From assembly GCA_964016885.1 (NCBI GenBank), contig OZ024742.1, positions 227,354,001 through 227,418,000 on the forward strand: a DNA stretch of 64,000 nucleotides, in the 5' to 3' direction. The stretch's first letter is position 1. Each line of letters opens with the position of its first letter. The notes beneath the pieces were generated by a model. It saw only the letters and a program-made list of their open reading frames with translations. It did not search any database and had not been told where the DNA came from. The position numbers and the translations under genes were made by a program. This DNA is from Eledone cirrhosa. Its lineage: Eukaryota. This document shows, piece after piece, positions 15,489 to 29,501 of this stretch.

Positions 15489-15530
<42 letters not shown>

Positions 15531-15642
15531 CACACACACACACACACAGATACACACATGTGTGTGTGTGTGTGAGTGATCAGCAACATGATCCCACGGT
15601 AAGCGAGAGAAACCGTACTTGTAGACATTTTATATATATATA

Positions 15643-15800
<158 letters not shown>

Positions 15801-16190
15801 GTGTGTGTGTCTGTGTGTGTGCGTGTGTGTATAATGAAATTTGCGAGTCTCTACAGCTAAAAGATAAAGAAAGATAAAAATAAGCTCCCTGTGTTTAGGG
15901 TTTTCAATTCCAGTTGAAACCAAACGATTTATCTGACTTAACCCGATCAACACTCCATGATACACGAAATAAATTCATTGTTTCAAAGTGGCAATTAATT
16001 ATTCGATTTTGAAATGGTTGCGAACAGAAATACACATAGGTTTAGTGTTGACGGTGACCGTAATGTGTACTCAATACTATAGTAGAGATGAATAGTTTCA
16101 TAAAGCTGGAGTCAGTGTCATATAACTCTGGGGTTTCTCTATGTATACAGTATCATCGGACAATCTTGATTGTCTGATGACACTGTAAAC

Positions 16191-16357
16191 CAGTGGTTCC
16201 CAAAGTGGGTTCCGCAAAGGAATGTCTAGGGCTCCGTGAAAAAAGGTAGAGGAATATATTTATATTATGACCATATAACAGTATTAGATTTTGGCGTTCC
16301 CTCAAAAGTTTCTGAACCAAAAAGGATTCGGCATTTGAAAAAGTTTGGGAAACCCTG
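16191..16357. mobile_element. hAT (Charlie/MER5-like) MITE
   Basis: CAGTGGTTCCCAAA...TTTGGGAAACCCTG TIRs; 8-bp TSD CTGTAAAC/CTATAAAC. Confidence 0.85.
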
Positions 16358-16774
16358 CTATAAACATAAAGGACAAACTCCAGAGTAATAGAACACTGAT
16401 TCACCCTTAATAAAATTTGTGATCTCTCTCTCTCTCTCTCTCTAACACGCGTGCGTGTGCGTTTGTGTGCGTGTCTGGGATATCATTGACTAATTCTCCA
16501 GGAAGCAAGGTCGAAATTATTGTATGATCTAAATTACCATTATGTATGTGTGTGTGTGTGTGTGTGGTCGGTTAGTGATATACATATAGGTTGTCTTTAT
16601 TCGAATGATTAATTAATTAATTAATTAATTAGTTAATTAGAAATGTGGTGTATGCGTCAGCCTAATTAATTAATTCTCGCGTAAGCAGGTTTTAAGCACT
16701 CTACGTAAGTTATGTAAACATAACACCTGACTAAACATTATTTCGTAACTGTATATATATATATATATATATCT

Positions 16775-19700
16775 CACCACACCATCCCCTCCTCCTTCAC
16801 ACACCCAAACCCCACCACTTGTTGTCACCATACCCCCTGACCTCCCCATCTCCGCACCTGAGCGTTCACTCCTCAGTAGAGGCCTTCGCTTCATACCCCA
16901 CACTCCGCACAGCGACGAGTTCCGCACCCGAACGTAAGTCGAGCGATTCGTGCGAAGCACGAAGCTACAGGCACATTTCGATCAAACGCCACCGGCTCCG
17001 AACGCCCCAGACCCGTTTCTCGCCCTGGGCCGACGACCATCGTCTTGGACGCCGGCCCCAGGGCAATTTAGCACCCTGGACGCGTTCGTCGACGCCTGCC
17101 GTAGACAAGTAAATCGCTTCGACTTCCGCCACCGGTCCAAACGGCATAACATCTCACGGGGCGAACTCCTCGCTCTCCGCTCACTCCGTAGCCGAGATGA
17201 CATCGTCATCAAACCGGCGGATAAGGAAGGCGCCGTGGTGGTGTGGCGCGCTGACCTCTACACGGTTGAAGCCCTCAGGCAGCTCCGTAACCCCCTCTTC
17301 TACCGCCCTCTACCCTCCGACCCCCCACCCCTCTACCAACAACAAGTTTCCTCCACCATCCAACACCTTGTCTCCTCCTCCGTCCTCCCCTCACCGCTTC
17401 CCACCTCATCGTCCGTACCCCCGCACCACCACTATCTACTTCCTCCCCAAACTTCACAAACCCGACAACCCCGGCCGCTCCATCGTCTCCGCTTGCAACT
17501 GCCCCACCGAACACATCTCCGCCTTTTTTGACTCCATCCTCGCCCCCCTCGTCACCACACTCCCCTCCCACATCTCCGACACCAACCACGCCCTTCCCCT
17601 ATTCGACTCCTTCACCTTCCCACCCGGCCCACAGCCCTTCCTCTTCACCCTAGATATCAAGTCGCTTTATACTGTCATCCCTCACGCCGACGGCCTACGT
17701 GCCCTCCAGCACTACCTCGACCTTCGCCCCTCCCCCATCCCCCCCACCCTCCTTCGCCTCACCGAGCTGGTCCTCACCCTCAACTGTTTCTCCTTCTCGG
17801 GTGAGTTTTACCAACAGGTCACGGGGGTAGCCATGGGCACAAGAATGGGCCCAAACTATGCCAACCTTTTCGTTGGCCATGTTGAGGCCCAAATCTTTGC
17901 TCAGTACACCGGCCCCACGCCCGAACTGTAATGTCGTTACATCGACGACTGCATCGGAGCCACGACCCTCACCCGAGAACAGCTCGACTCCTTTCTCTCC
18001 TTCTTCTGCTCCTTCCACCCCTCCCTCCACTTCACCACCTCTATCTCCACCACCCACATCCACTTCTTAGACATCTCCGTCCCCTTCGACCCCTCCCACC
18101 ACTCCCTCGTTTCCTCCGCCTTCTTCAAACCCACCGACTCCCACTCCTACCTCGACTTCACCTCCTCCCACTCCACACACACTAAACATTCTATTCCCTA
18201 CCCCCAACTCCTCAGGATCCGCCGCCTCTGCAGCCGAGATGCTGACTTTGAGTCCCAGGCCCTTTCCCTAGTCAGCCATTTCATCCGCAGAGGTTACCCC
18301 CCCCCCCTCCCCCCCCTCCCTCGTCCACACCGCCCTCACTCGCGCCCGTCCTGTCCACCGCTCCACCACCCTCACCCCACGCCACCGCACACCCACCCAC
18401 CGTCTCCCCTTCCCCATCACCTACCACCCCTCCACCGTCCTCCGCTTCTTCCGACGCCTCCACCTCCCACATCTTCCCATCCCCACCACTCCCCTCCTTC
18501 AAACGCGCACGCAATCTCCCCCCCCTCATCCGCAGCCCCCCAACCCCCGCTCCCATCCCTGTTCCAGGCCTCGTTGCAACACCTGCCCCCACATCACCAA
18601 CACCACCACCTTCCAGGGTTCTAACGGCCACTCTCTCACTGTCCGGCACGCCTTCCGCTGCACCTCCTCAAACCTAGTCTATCGACTTCGCTGCACGGGG
18701 TGTAACGCAACCTACGTCGGACAGACTGGACGTCGCCTGGCGGACCGTTTCACCGAACACCTCCGGGATATTCGTCTCGGCGGGAGTTCCCCCATCGCCC
18801 CCCACTTTGGCTCCCCTGGACATTCCGCGCACCACCTCACAGTCTGTGGCCTACTCCAATGCCACGGAACACCCGCCACCCGCCTCAGGGTCGAACAACG
18901 CACCATCTTCACCCTACAGACCCACAGTCCCCCCGGCCTGAACTCCCCACCCCTATTCCTTTAGCCTTCGACCGCCCTGTTCACACATCCCCCCCCCACA
19001 ACTCCCCCACTAACACCACTAACACACTCCTCCTTTTCACCGCCCACCCCACAACTAACAATACTAACACCCCGACCCCCCGACCCCAACTAACAATACT
19101 AACACCCCCTATCACGCACACACCCACCGGTACATATATACACGCACTCATACTATCCACATACCCAACTACCACCACTAACCCTCACCCACAAATCCAC
19201 TCTCACCACCCCACAACTAATACCACTAACATCCTCTCGACCCCACGCACACACACCCACACACCCACACCTACGTACACCACCCACTCTACACACCCTA
19301 CTAACACACCCGCATTCAACACTTTCCCCACCACCAGTATACTAACACCCACTAACACCCCCTTCACCACACACACACTCATCCAAACACGCACACACAC
19401 ACACCAGTACACTACACTCCCGCCATCGTCCTCCACACCTTTCTCTCCATCTCCCCGCCCCTTCACACCCCTTCACACACACACACACATGCCACTAACA
19501 CCTCTACTAATACACACCCCATCCCCCCGCACGACCCCTCCCCACTCCACCTTTCACACCTACCAATCCTCTCCCCTGTCCACCGCAGCTCCGCACACAC
19601 TGACACACTGACTTTCTCCACCTGCCATTCTCCTCTACTGCTGCTATGCCTTGACCCTCTGACCACTTCTCCGCACACACAGACACACAGCCCTCTCCAC

Positions 19701-20565
19701 CTGTCATTCTCCTTTACCCTCCTTCTGCCTTGACCCTCTGACCACTTCCTGTTGCTCGCGCACCCCACATCTCCCCTTTTTCTTCCGACCAACACAACCA
19801 CAGATTACACACCATTGGCCATCGTTCCCACCATCAACTCCATCACAAGGAAAATATCCGGCAGCTCACCACATCCTCTACGGAACTACCTTAGGAACTT
19901 ACCCACGGACATACACTCACAAAAATCTTTTTTCGAACCACGCCACCTACATCTACAATACGTATAAACACCACACACACGTGCGTACCCCCACATATAT
20001 ACACACTCAGTCTACGGAATCCCTCCCCTCCCCCACCCCTCTGACCCCTCCCCATCCACACGCGCACATACACACCGACCTACACCCCACCCTACACACA
20101 CACCTTTTCCTGAACATGGAACCTCGTTCTTCCCCCATCTCTCACATTCACATACACACGCACACACACACACACGTACACCTACACACATACACCACCT
20201 TCAGCCCTCCCCTCTCGGACACCCCGCCTCCCTCTCCTCACTCCACCCGCCACCACCCCTACACGCCCCACACCCTTCCACCACTTGTTTATCTTCATGT
20301 TTATTTTTATTTTTATTTTTGTTATATTTATTTTTATTTGTACCCCTTCCACCGTTTTTCCTCTTTTTCCTCCTCCCCTCTTTTTCTAAATGTCTCACTT
20401 CCACTCCCCTACACACCCTCGAAACTCTCTTCCCACACACTTTTCGCCTGAAGAAGGGCTTATGCCCGAAACGTCGTTCCCCACCGCCACCTCACTCTCA
20501 AGAGCGTGAAACTAATAAACCTTTGTTCGTACTGCCTCTCTGTTTTGTTCCCGTTCCATTTTTCA

Positions 20566-20570
<5 letters not shown>
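16775..20570 (+). mobile_element. Near full-length Penelope-like element (Neptune-like), RT plus GIY-YIG, disrupted, with long C-rich 3' UTR
   Basis: IVIKPADKEGAVVVW; FLPKLHKPDNPGRSIVS; AMGTRMGPNYANLF; RYIDDCIG; KPTDSHSYL; YVGQTGRRLADRFTEH; frameshifts and a stop at 17929. Confidence 0.92.
20445..20478 (+). ncRNA. Minimal type I hammerhead ribozyme in the PLE 3' pLTR
   Basis: CTGAAGA-agggc ttat gccc-GAAAC-GTC; palindromic ACGT stem III; AATAAA ~40 nt downstream; stem I weak. Confidence 0.75.
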
Positions 20571-20654
<84 letters not shown>

Positions 20655-20690
20655 GAGAGAGAAAGAGAGAGTTAGATAGATAGATAGATT

Positions 20691-20734
<44 letters not shown>

Positions 20735-20735
<1 letters not shown>

Positions 20736-22371
20736 CTTTCTTTTTATTTGCCACCAGGGCGTCAAAGAGTGGGAGAAGTACAAAGGGGGGAGTTTACATA
20801 AAAAGGCGTCCTCAATAAGGAGGGGGCAATAACAAAATATAAAAAATATAAGATATAAAATATAACAAAAATAAATTGAATAACAAAATCCTCAATAGGG
20901 AGGAGGCGCCTTGGGGGTTCGCACACACCCCCGAAAAAGTGTGCAACCCTTCTCCTCAGGAGCACAGAGAGAGGGTGCTCCCTTGATCTTTCATCTTTCT
21001 CACCTACAGTCTGATGTAGAGTGAAGGCCCATTCACACGGGTCATTCTCGCCACTTTCACCCATCTTTCATAAAAACGGCTGGAATGCAGCACCTCTCTC
21101 TCCATCCTGATCCTTCTTCCGAAATGATATCGGAAGAAACGGACCAGTTGTTGGCCAGAGAAAAAGGTGTCTGACCTCAGTCCTTTCAGACGCGTCCACC
21201 ATACAACCTCTTTCGCCATGGCTATTACGCACAGAAACACCGCCTCTCCTTTGTTGTTGAAGAGGGGAGGCGGCTTGATCGTTACAATAGACTCGGTGGT
21301 CAACCGGATCGGTCCCACCCGTGACAGCAGTCGTTTGACATAGCCCCACAGATCGGCAATGCCCGAGCAGTGTACCAATGCGTGTGCAACGGTTTCCTCA
21401 TCGCACCCGCATCTGGGACAGATCTTTTTCGAGGGCGTCCCTACCCGGGCGCCCGTGTCTGTAGAGCCTTTCTCGAACGGGCAGAGCCCCTCGGTAGCAC
21501 TGCCAGGCCAGGGATCTCTGGAAGTTATCCATAGGTCCCGGGCTGAATGTCCTACCGAACAGGTTGGCCAGTTCGTTTTCCTCCATGCCTAGGGCTTCTC
21601 CGAGGGCGTCGTCGCACCTGCTAACCACCAGCCCTCTATAGAATCACGAGGTGGATTCTCCACTGACAGCCGGGTCCGCCTGCCAGAGAGCCGTGAGCGC
21701 CTGAGCACACTCGGTGTGCCAGGCGCCCAGTTTTCTCGGTCTTTGCTTGACCCAGGATTGCAGCTCGGTGAGCGAGACAGATCTGGGAAAGGCTCGCCTC
21801 ACAAACGGGGCCCACACCGGTTGACCGGTAAGGAATACCTGAAGGTGCCGTAGCCTTAGTGCGTGTTTACGCATCATCAGCCACAGCATCCCCAACCCTC
21901 CTTGCTGTTGACAGCAGATGGATCTCCTCACCATAGGAGCCCGCTTCTTCCAAAGGAATTGGAAGAGTGCGCGCTCCATTTTGGCGAGCGTTTCCCTTGG
22001 GCAAGTCACAACGGTCAGGCGGTAGTAGATGACGGACGCTATATAAGTGTTCGCCACCTCCGCCCGACCTTTCAGGGACAGTTTGCACTCGGCCCACTTC
22101 TGGGTCAGTGCAAACACCCTGTTCGTTACCTCACCCCAGTTCTTCTCCACCTGGAAGTCTGGTCCGAACCAGACCCCGAGCAACTTCACCGGGCCCTCCG
22201 TCCATCGCCCGACAACGCCATCGGAGGGCATCGATTTGCCCCTCCACGTGCCGAGTTGCAGACCGATCGACTTGTCTCGGTTCAGCTTAGCCCTGTAAAC
22301 CTTCGTACTCCTCCAGTAAGGTGCCGATCGCCCCGATTTCCGAGGCCGTCGACACCATTACTGTTACGTCA
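20735..22371 (-). mobile_element. Tx1/L1-clade LINE, 5'-truncated
   Basis: VKLLGVWFG; LSLKGRAEVAN; QGGLGM; C-terminal CxxC..ETVAHALVHC; bounded by (GATA)n. Confidence 0.85.
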
Positions 22372-22394
22372 TAGATAGATAGATAGATAGATAT

Positions 22395-23357
22395 GTTTCT
22401 TTATTAGCCACAAGGGCACAAAAGAAGGGGACAAATACAAAGGGGGAAGTTTACATACAATAAAAACGTGTAAAATGTTATCACAAATGCAATTTTAGAA
22501 GTTAGTCGATTTTCCCCAATAGGGGGAGACAGTTTATATGGGTAACACATACCCCCGAAAAAATGTGCAACCCTCATCTCCAGGAGTACGAAGAGTTTGT
22601 ACTCCTTTCCTCTCCTCCTCCTTTTCCTCAACCTACAGGCTGATATAGAGAGAAGGCCCATTCACTCGGGCCATTCTCGCCACTTTCACCCACCTTTCAT
22701 AAAACTTGCTGGGGTACAGCACCTCTCTCTCCATCTTGATTCTTCTTCCAAAGTGGTATTTGAAAAAAAGAATCAGTTGTTGGCCGGAGAGAAAGGTGTC
22801 TGACCTCAGCCCTTTCAACCTTGTCCACCATACAACCTCTTTCGCCATAGCTATCACACAAAGGAAAACCGCCTCTCCTTCGTTTTTGAAGGAGGGTGGC
22901 GGTTTGATTATGACAATTGACTCGGTGGTCAACCGGATTAGTCCCACCCGCGACAATAGTCGTTCTACATAGCCCCACAGGTCAGTGACGCCCGGGCAGT
23001 GTATGAATGCGTGCGCGACGGTTTCTTCGTCTCGCACGCACCTCGGACAGATCTTTTTTGCAGGGTCCCTGCCCGGGCGCCCATGTCTGTAGAGCTTGTC
23101 TCGAAGTGGTAGAGCTCCTCGGTAGCACTGCCAGGCCAGGGACTTTTGGAAGTTGTCCATCGGTCCCGGGCGGAAGGTCCTATCGAACAGACTGGCCAGT
23201 TCATCTTCCTCTACGCCTAGAGTTTCACCGAGCGCGTCGTCGCACTTGCTGCGGATCAACCCTCTATAGAATGACGAAGTGGAGTCTCCACTGATCGCCG
23301 GGTCCGCCTGCCAGAGGGCTGTGAGCGCCTGATCACATTCGATGTGCCAGTCGCCCA
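22395..23357 (-). mobile_element. Second Tx1/L1-clade copy (3' part); a third 3'UTR-only copy lies at 23406-23559
   Basis: CPRCVRDEETVAHAFIHC; paralogous to 20735-21720; bounded by (GATA)n. Confidence 0.85.
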
Positions 23358-23404
<47 letters not shown>

Positions 23405-23558
23405 TATTTCTTTATTAGCCACAGGGGCACAAAAGAAGGGGACAAATACAAAGGGGGAAGTTTACATACAATAAAAACGTGTAAAATGTTATCACAGATG
23501 GAATTTAAAAGTTAGTCGATTTTCCCCAATAGAGGGAGACAGTTTATATGGGTAACAC

Positions 23559-23619
<61 letters not shown>

Positions 23620-23744
23620 TAATAGATAGATAGATAGATAGATACAAACACCCAGTTGTTGTTAGATTGGTTGGCTGGTTCGTTGGTAGGTTGGTTGGTT
23701 GGTTGGATCGCTGGATGTTTGGTTGTTGAGAAGGAGAGAGTCTG

Positions 23745-24340
23745 AGTCACAACCGTCACCATCAACGCTGTTGAGGACGTCGCCATCATCATTAGCATCA
23801 TCATCATCATCGTTGTCGTCATCATCATCACCAACATCATCATTGTTGCCATCATCATCATCATCATCATCATCATCATGTTCATGACCATGATCACCAT
23901 TATCGTCGTCATGATCATCATCATAACCAGCCTCATCATCATCATCATCGCCGTCCTCGTCATCATTATCATCTCCATAGTTGTCATCATCATCTTCACT
24001 ATCACCAACATCACCATCACCACCACCACACACACACCACCATCACCGCCCACACACACCAACATCGTGCCCTTCACACATCCACACGTACACACTCACC
24101 ACTACTACACCCCCCCACACACACACACCACCACCACCACCACGCCCCCCCCCCCCCCCCCCCCCTCCACACACACCACTACACCCCCAAAACCACTACC
24201 CCCACTACACTACACTACCCCCCACCCCCACCCATACACACACCACCATCACCCCCACCACACACACACACCACCACCACCACCACCACCACCACCACCA
24301 TCACCCCCACCACCACAATGATGATCGTGATGATGATTAT
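23745..24340. repeat. (CAT)n/(CAC)n low-complexity tract
   Basis: Direct observation. Confidence 0.9.
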
Positions 24341-24573
24341 ATATTTCCTAGACATAATAATTCATTCTTGTGTTTTTCATTCATTTCTCTATTATTTATT
24401 CATTCTTTTATTCGTTCATTCCATAATTCATTCTTTAATCCCTGTATTCCATTCCATCATTCAATTCTTATGAGGGGCGGTGGCAGCATTTCTGAATTGG
24501 GGAGGGGGAGGGGTCAATTTAGTTGTAGTGATTAGTTTAGTTGTTATTATCAAATGTCGGTGGATTATCAAAG

Positions 24574-24750
24574 GGCGGTGGATTGGCAGTATCGGTAGAG
24601 GCTCGGACGTCATGCTTTGACGCATAGAGTTACGGTCCTTGCCATTCTGAGTTCAAATCCCGCCGAGGTTAACTTTGCCTTTCATCCTTACGGGGTCGAT
24701 AAAATAAAGTACCAGTAATTGCTGGCCTTGTGCCAAACGTAGAAACAATT
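24574..24750 (+). mobile_element. Young SINE family A copy (others: 13025-13208-, 25041-25225-, 46755-46910-, 48779-49148- twice, 50475-50660-, 56057-56218+, 60601-60788-, 60808-60988+)
   Basis: GGCGGTGGATTGGCAGTATCGGTAGAG...CTGAGTTCAAATCCCGCCGAGG...GGCCTTGTGCC..AGTAGAAACAATT. Confidence 0.9.
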
Positions 24751-26019
24751 ATCAAATGTCAACCAGGATATAAAAAAAAATGTCTATATGCGATAAACAC
24801 ACCATGCACATATATTGTAGCGTATTTACAAATAGATGTGTGTTTTGGTAGTTTGGGGAGAAAAATATACTTATTGGGAAGGGGACATGTCCCCCCCCCC
24901 CCCCCCCTCCCTCAGTTTGTCAGACAATGTTAACAAAGTGAGAAATATCGGTTGTTGTGACCGACGGAAATTACCAATAAATAATTGTTTCTATTTTAGG
25001 CACAAGGCCAGCAATTACCCAGTACATTACTATAATAAATAATTGTTTCTACTTTAGGCACAAGGCCAGCAATTATCCAGTGCATTACTGGTACTTTATT
25101 TTATCGACCCCGTAAGGATGAAAGGCAAAGTCAACCTCGGCGGGATTTGAACTCAGATCATAAAGGGACGTAACTATGCTGGAAAGCATGGCGTCCGACC
25201 CTCTACCGATACTGCCAATCCACCGATAAATAATAAATACTATGTTACTCTCACAGCTTCACTGTTGTACATTTACTTCAATACCAGTGTTATGAATTTA
25301 ACTCTCTTTCGTGTTACATGTTCGCTGTCTTTTGATAAATATTTCCAACTCTAGCAGCCATCGAATAACTTCTTTGGAGACGCTGTTTATATTAAGGTAT
25401 ATTTTGGTTTGTTTTCTGATGTTGTTGGTGTTGTTGTTGTTTTTGTTTTGTTGAAGACAAAGAAGACATTTCTGAAGTTGGACATATCATCTTGCAAGTG
25501 ACTTGGTCTGAGATTGTGCGTTGTGGAAGAGTCATTTTAGCCACTGTCGTATATGCCTGGCAACTGACGAGCTGAAACTGTGTGTTGAAACTAAAGCAAT
25601 TATATTGTAGGCGAGCCATTTTAGCTATTGTTATATAGAGAACGTATATTGTTAGATTTGTCACCCAATTACATTCCTTGACGAAAATCTAAATTTTTCC
25701 TTTTTTTTACCGTTTACATGTTTCACATTTCACATGCTCTGCCAGAAGTCTATTTATTTCTAGTCATATGTTTATGTATTTATCTCTGGTTTTGTCGAAA
25801 GACACCAGTAAACTTTTTTATCCATTCTTTGTTTTGTTATTGTCGTACATGCATCTTAACAACAGAACTGGTTTCCAAGTGATTGCGCAAATTGGCATTA
25901 CAAGTGCAATACCTCAGTGCGCGAAATTGTACGGGAGCAAGGCGGGTGATGAGGTAGAGATGCAGTTTTCTGTTCATCTTATGTAACATTTTCTGTGTAC
26001 AATTTCTGTTGAAACAAGA

Positions 26020-26110
<91 letters not shown>

Positions 26111-26324
26111 GGAGTTGTATATATCTGGTGAGTTGATCTGTAACCGTGTGTAAACTTAAAGTTACATAACGAAAGAGTTATTTTAGACATTCAGAACCAC
26201 ACACAATTGAATTGTTAACTTCGTTTTATATTTATCCTTTATTTCCTGGTGTCAAAATTTCGTCGCACTGTTTACTGTGTAACTTGGTCACAGATACAGT
26301 CCACCACAACAATGGAAGGGAATT

Positions 26325-26782
26325 GAACAGCTAAATGACTCTTCCATGGAGTAATTGCTTTAGTTTCAACTCATGGTCACACATCAAGTCACTTACAAGT
26401 CATGTACAACTGTGGCTAAAATGACTCTTTTATGACATAATTGCTTTAGTTTCAACACAGTCTCAGATCAAGTCATTTGCCAGTCATGTACAACTGTGGC
26501 TAAAATGACTCTTTTATGACATAATTGCTTTAGTTTCAACACAGTCTCAGATCAAGTCATTTGCCAGTCTTGTACAACTGTGGCTAAAATGACTCTTTTA
26601 TGACATAATTGCTTTAGTTTCAACATACAGTCTCAGATCAAGTCATTTGCCAGTCTTGTACAACTGTGGCTAAAATGACTCTTTTATGATATAATTGCTT
26701 TAGTTTCAACACACAGTCTCAGATCAAGTCACTTACAAGGCATGTACAACTGTGGCTAAAATGACTCTTTTATGATATAATT
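26325..26782. repeat. ~82-84 bp tandem repeat, ~5.5 units, interrupted by the hAT element; decayed inverted copies at 25485-25630
   Basis: GTACAACTGTGGCTAAAATGACTCTTTTATGA.ATAATTGCTTTAGTTTCAACAC unit; resumes after 31731. Confidence 0.9.
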
Positions 26783-27268
26783 CAGGGGTCGGCAACCTTT
26801 TGGAAAGAGAGGGCCAAACAGCTATGCAGTGTCATGGAGGAGGGCCATGTTATTAAATATGTAAATTAATTTTCTGGAGGTTTAAAGCAAAACAAGGAAT
26901 TTAATATAATTTTATTTTAACAAGGCCCCTTAATATACTGCAGGAATAACAAAAACAAAAAAAGAAAACAAAAACTACAAACACATTCAACAAAAAAAAA
27001 AGCAAATTCCTTATTTTACTGCAGGAATATCAGAAAAACAACTACTATCACAATCAACAAAAAAAAAAGCAAATTCCTTGCTACAAACGAAATACAGTTA
27101 GAAATGGTAAATGATTTTATGTGACACTTGTTTCTGCTTATTGTGCGATAACTTCTCCACATCAGGTGAAATATTTGTCGATGACAGGAGCAAAACATCA
27201 TCCAGGTGGTTGTCACGCAACCTTCTTCTTAAATGACTTTTAGTATATTTCACTTTAGAAAAAAGTTG

Positions 27269-27636
27269 GGCACTGGTTTGTTATTGTCTGTCAAAAGTGA
27301 AAGTTTGCATCTCAGCAAGCGGTGAACCCTGCCTACAGTTCCCCCCGTCGTTTATATCCGTAAAGTGACTAAAGATTAAAACAAATGTAATATATTTACG
27401 GTTAAGGTTAGGGTTAGGGTTAGTTTTTAGGGTTAGGGTTAGGGTTAGGGTTAGTTTTTAGGGTTACGGTTAGGGTTACTTTTTAGGATTAGGGTTAGTT
27501 TTTAGGGTTAGGGTTACATTTGTTTTAATCTTTAGTCACTTTATGGATATAAACGATGGGGGGAACTGTAGGCATGGTTCACCGCTTGCTGAGACGCAAA
27601 CTTTCACTTTTGACAAACAATAAAAAAACCAGTGCC
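27269..27636. mobile_element. MITE with ~130-bp TIRs and an internal (TTAGGG)n-like tract; Merlin-like termini
   Basis: GGCACTGG.../...CCAGTGCC termini; 8-bp TSD AAAAGTTG; splits the transposase motif CEQL|FS. Confidence 0.85.
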
Positions 27637-28569
27637 AAAAGTTGTTCACAAGCATATGTACTTCCAAATAATATCATCAGTTTCGCATTAGTCAAGATGT
27701 TTTTATATTTTCCGCTTGGCAATATATATTTCTTGTAGAAGTCAGCAGTGGATTCGAACTGAAATTTCGATTTCAAAGATTCGACGCACTGTAAGTCAAT
27801 TAACTCCAACTGATATTCTTCTGCCACTTGCTCCACATCTGTTTCGTAAGGAGTACCAAATAACTTAAATAGAGTTCCATATTGCCGGAAGTCAGTAATA
27901 CGAGAGGAAAACTTGCTTCTCAAATCTTTCATAGAGCTCACAAAGATGTCTGGTATTATATCTCTTTTGTGATTTTGGAGACTTGGGAAATGAGAGTAGA
28001 TTTCTTTTTGAAGTTGTGATTCCCAAGGTCGAAGTTTTCTCTCAAAAGCAGTAATTTGACCAAACATCTCAAATACAACCTTGTTCTTTCCTTGAAGCTC
28101 AAGATTCAAAGTGTTCATGTGGGTCGTGATGTCCACTAAAAAAGCTAACTTGACAACTCACTATGGATCCTGAAAGTAAGAATTATCTTGGTCTTTGCTC
28201 TCTAAAAACATAGAAATCTCTTCTCTCAATGCATATACTCGTTCTATCATTTTTCCGTGGCTAAGCCATCGAACATTTGAAAAATATGTTAGGTCGCCAT
28301 ACTCTGCTTCAATTTGTTTTAGAAATTCTTGAAACTGGCGGTGATTTAGTCCTCTTGACAGTATAAAATTCACTGTTTTCACGACCACTGCCATGATGTC
28401 CTTAAAATTCAGTGACTTTGCACATAAGGCTTCTTGATGAATAATGCAATGAAGTTTGATTAGTTTTTGATCAATACCGATGTGGTTTGGGAGCAATGCA
28501 ACAAACCCTTTTTCTCTCTAACCATTGCTGGTGCTCCATCTGTGATTATTCCAGAAAGCTTTGATAAAC

Positions 28570-29487
28570 CCCAGAGTGGGAGCTGACGTCTGCATGGGTT
28601 TGAGGTGCCGATGCGGAAAACTCCTCGACTCTACAGGCCTCCACGGTCTTTCTTGCCGCCTGAATGCCGGCCGCTTCGCGCGTCACATGGAGCTAAACCT
28701 CATTCTGTAGAGAGCTTTGGCCCGGGTGAATATCCTCTCAGTCTTGGAACCATCTGGGTTGTCCAGAAGTGACGGCAAAAGACCTGACGGTCTTACCTTG
28801 TGCCCCTGGTCGAGAGGCAGGTGCCTTGTCTGGGACGTCACTGTTAGTGACTCTTTTGCTCTTTCCCACATCCTGAATGCTGCGGTTAGGACGAGAGCCA
28901 CAGCTTCTGCATCCGAGCGGATTAAGACCCTCAAATACTCGGATCTGTCGGCCAGTACATTTTTCAGCCTGTGGCTTTCGAGACGTTTGGGGGAATCGGG
29001 CCGCTGACTGCGAGGTTCCTTTCCTCACTAGCGGCTCGCATAATAGACGTGACTGGCGAATCTCGCGAGGGTGCTTGACTGTTTCAGCGCATCAGCCTTG
29101 CCATCACCCGAGGAAACGCTGCGAGTGTGCTGGCTTGCCTCAAAAATCATTAGAGAGGTTGCCCAGTCTCGCGACGTTGCTGTCTTTTGCTCTGGTGTTG
29201 GCTCCGTTGTTCAACCCTTCCTTTACATTTTCTTTAATATTGTAGCATTAAAGGAATATATCTTTCATTGTATCATCCTTTGTAGTGTTACCGAGGCATT
29301 TGTAATGTTATTTATGTATATATTAAAACATATTTGTTATGTTATTCTACTGTAAATTTATTTATATGCTCTGTTTATATTTTCATTCTGAAGGAATTGC
29401 AAACGATTTGTAATGTTGTTTGTGCAACTATGAAGGATATATTTATGAAATAAAGTATTATTGTAAAATGTCAACAAAAAAATAAAG
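28570..29487 (+). mobile_element. CRE-clade non-LTR retrotransposon 3' fragment (RLE endonuclease plus 3' UTR)
   Basis: CRCG..GLHGLSC..GRFARH; LEPSGLSRSDGKRPDGLT.PW.RGRCLVWDVTV; A-rich end. Confidence 0.85.
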
Positions 29488-29501
29488 GATATATATCATA
29501 T

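Noticed and set aside
18859-20451. 250-aa and 156-aa Pro/Thr/His ORFs
   Set aside because: C-rich PLE 3' UTR that is depleted of stop codons
23544-24535. Met/Asp/Pro/His-rich ORFs
   Set aside because: Low-complexity (CAT/CAC)n
26325-26782. Regular repeats suggestive of a CRISPR array
   Set aside because: Whole units repeat with no unique spacers; eukaryotic context with no cas genes
27400-27520. True telomere or chromosome fusion site
   Set aside because: Short, degenerate, single orientation and enclosed in a MITE with TSD
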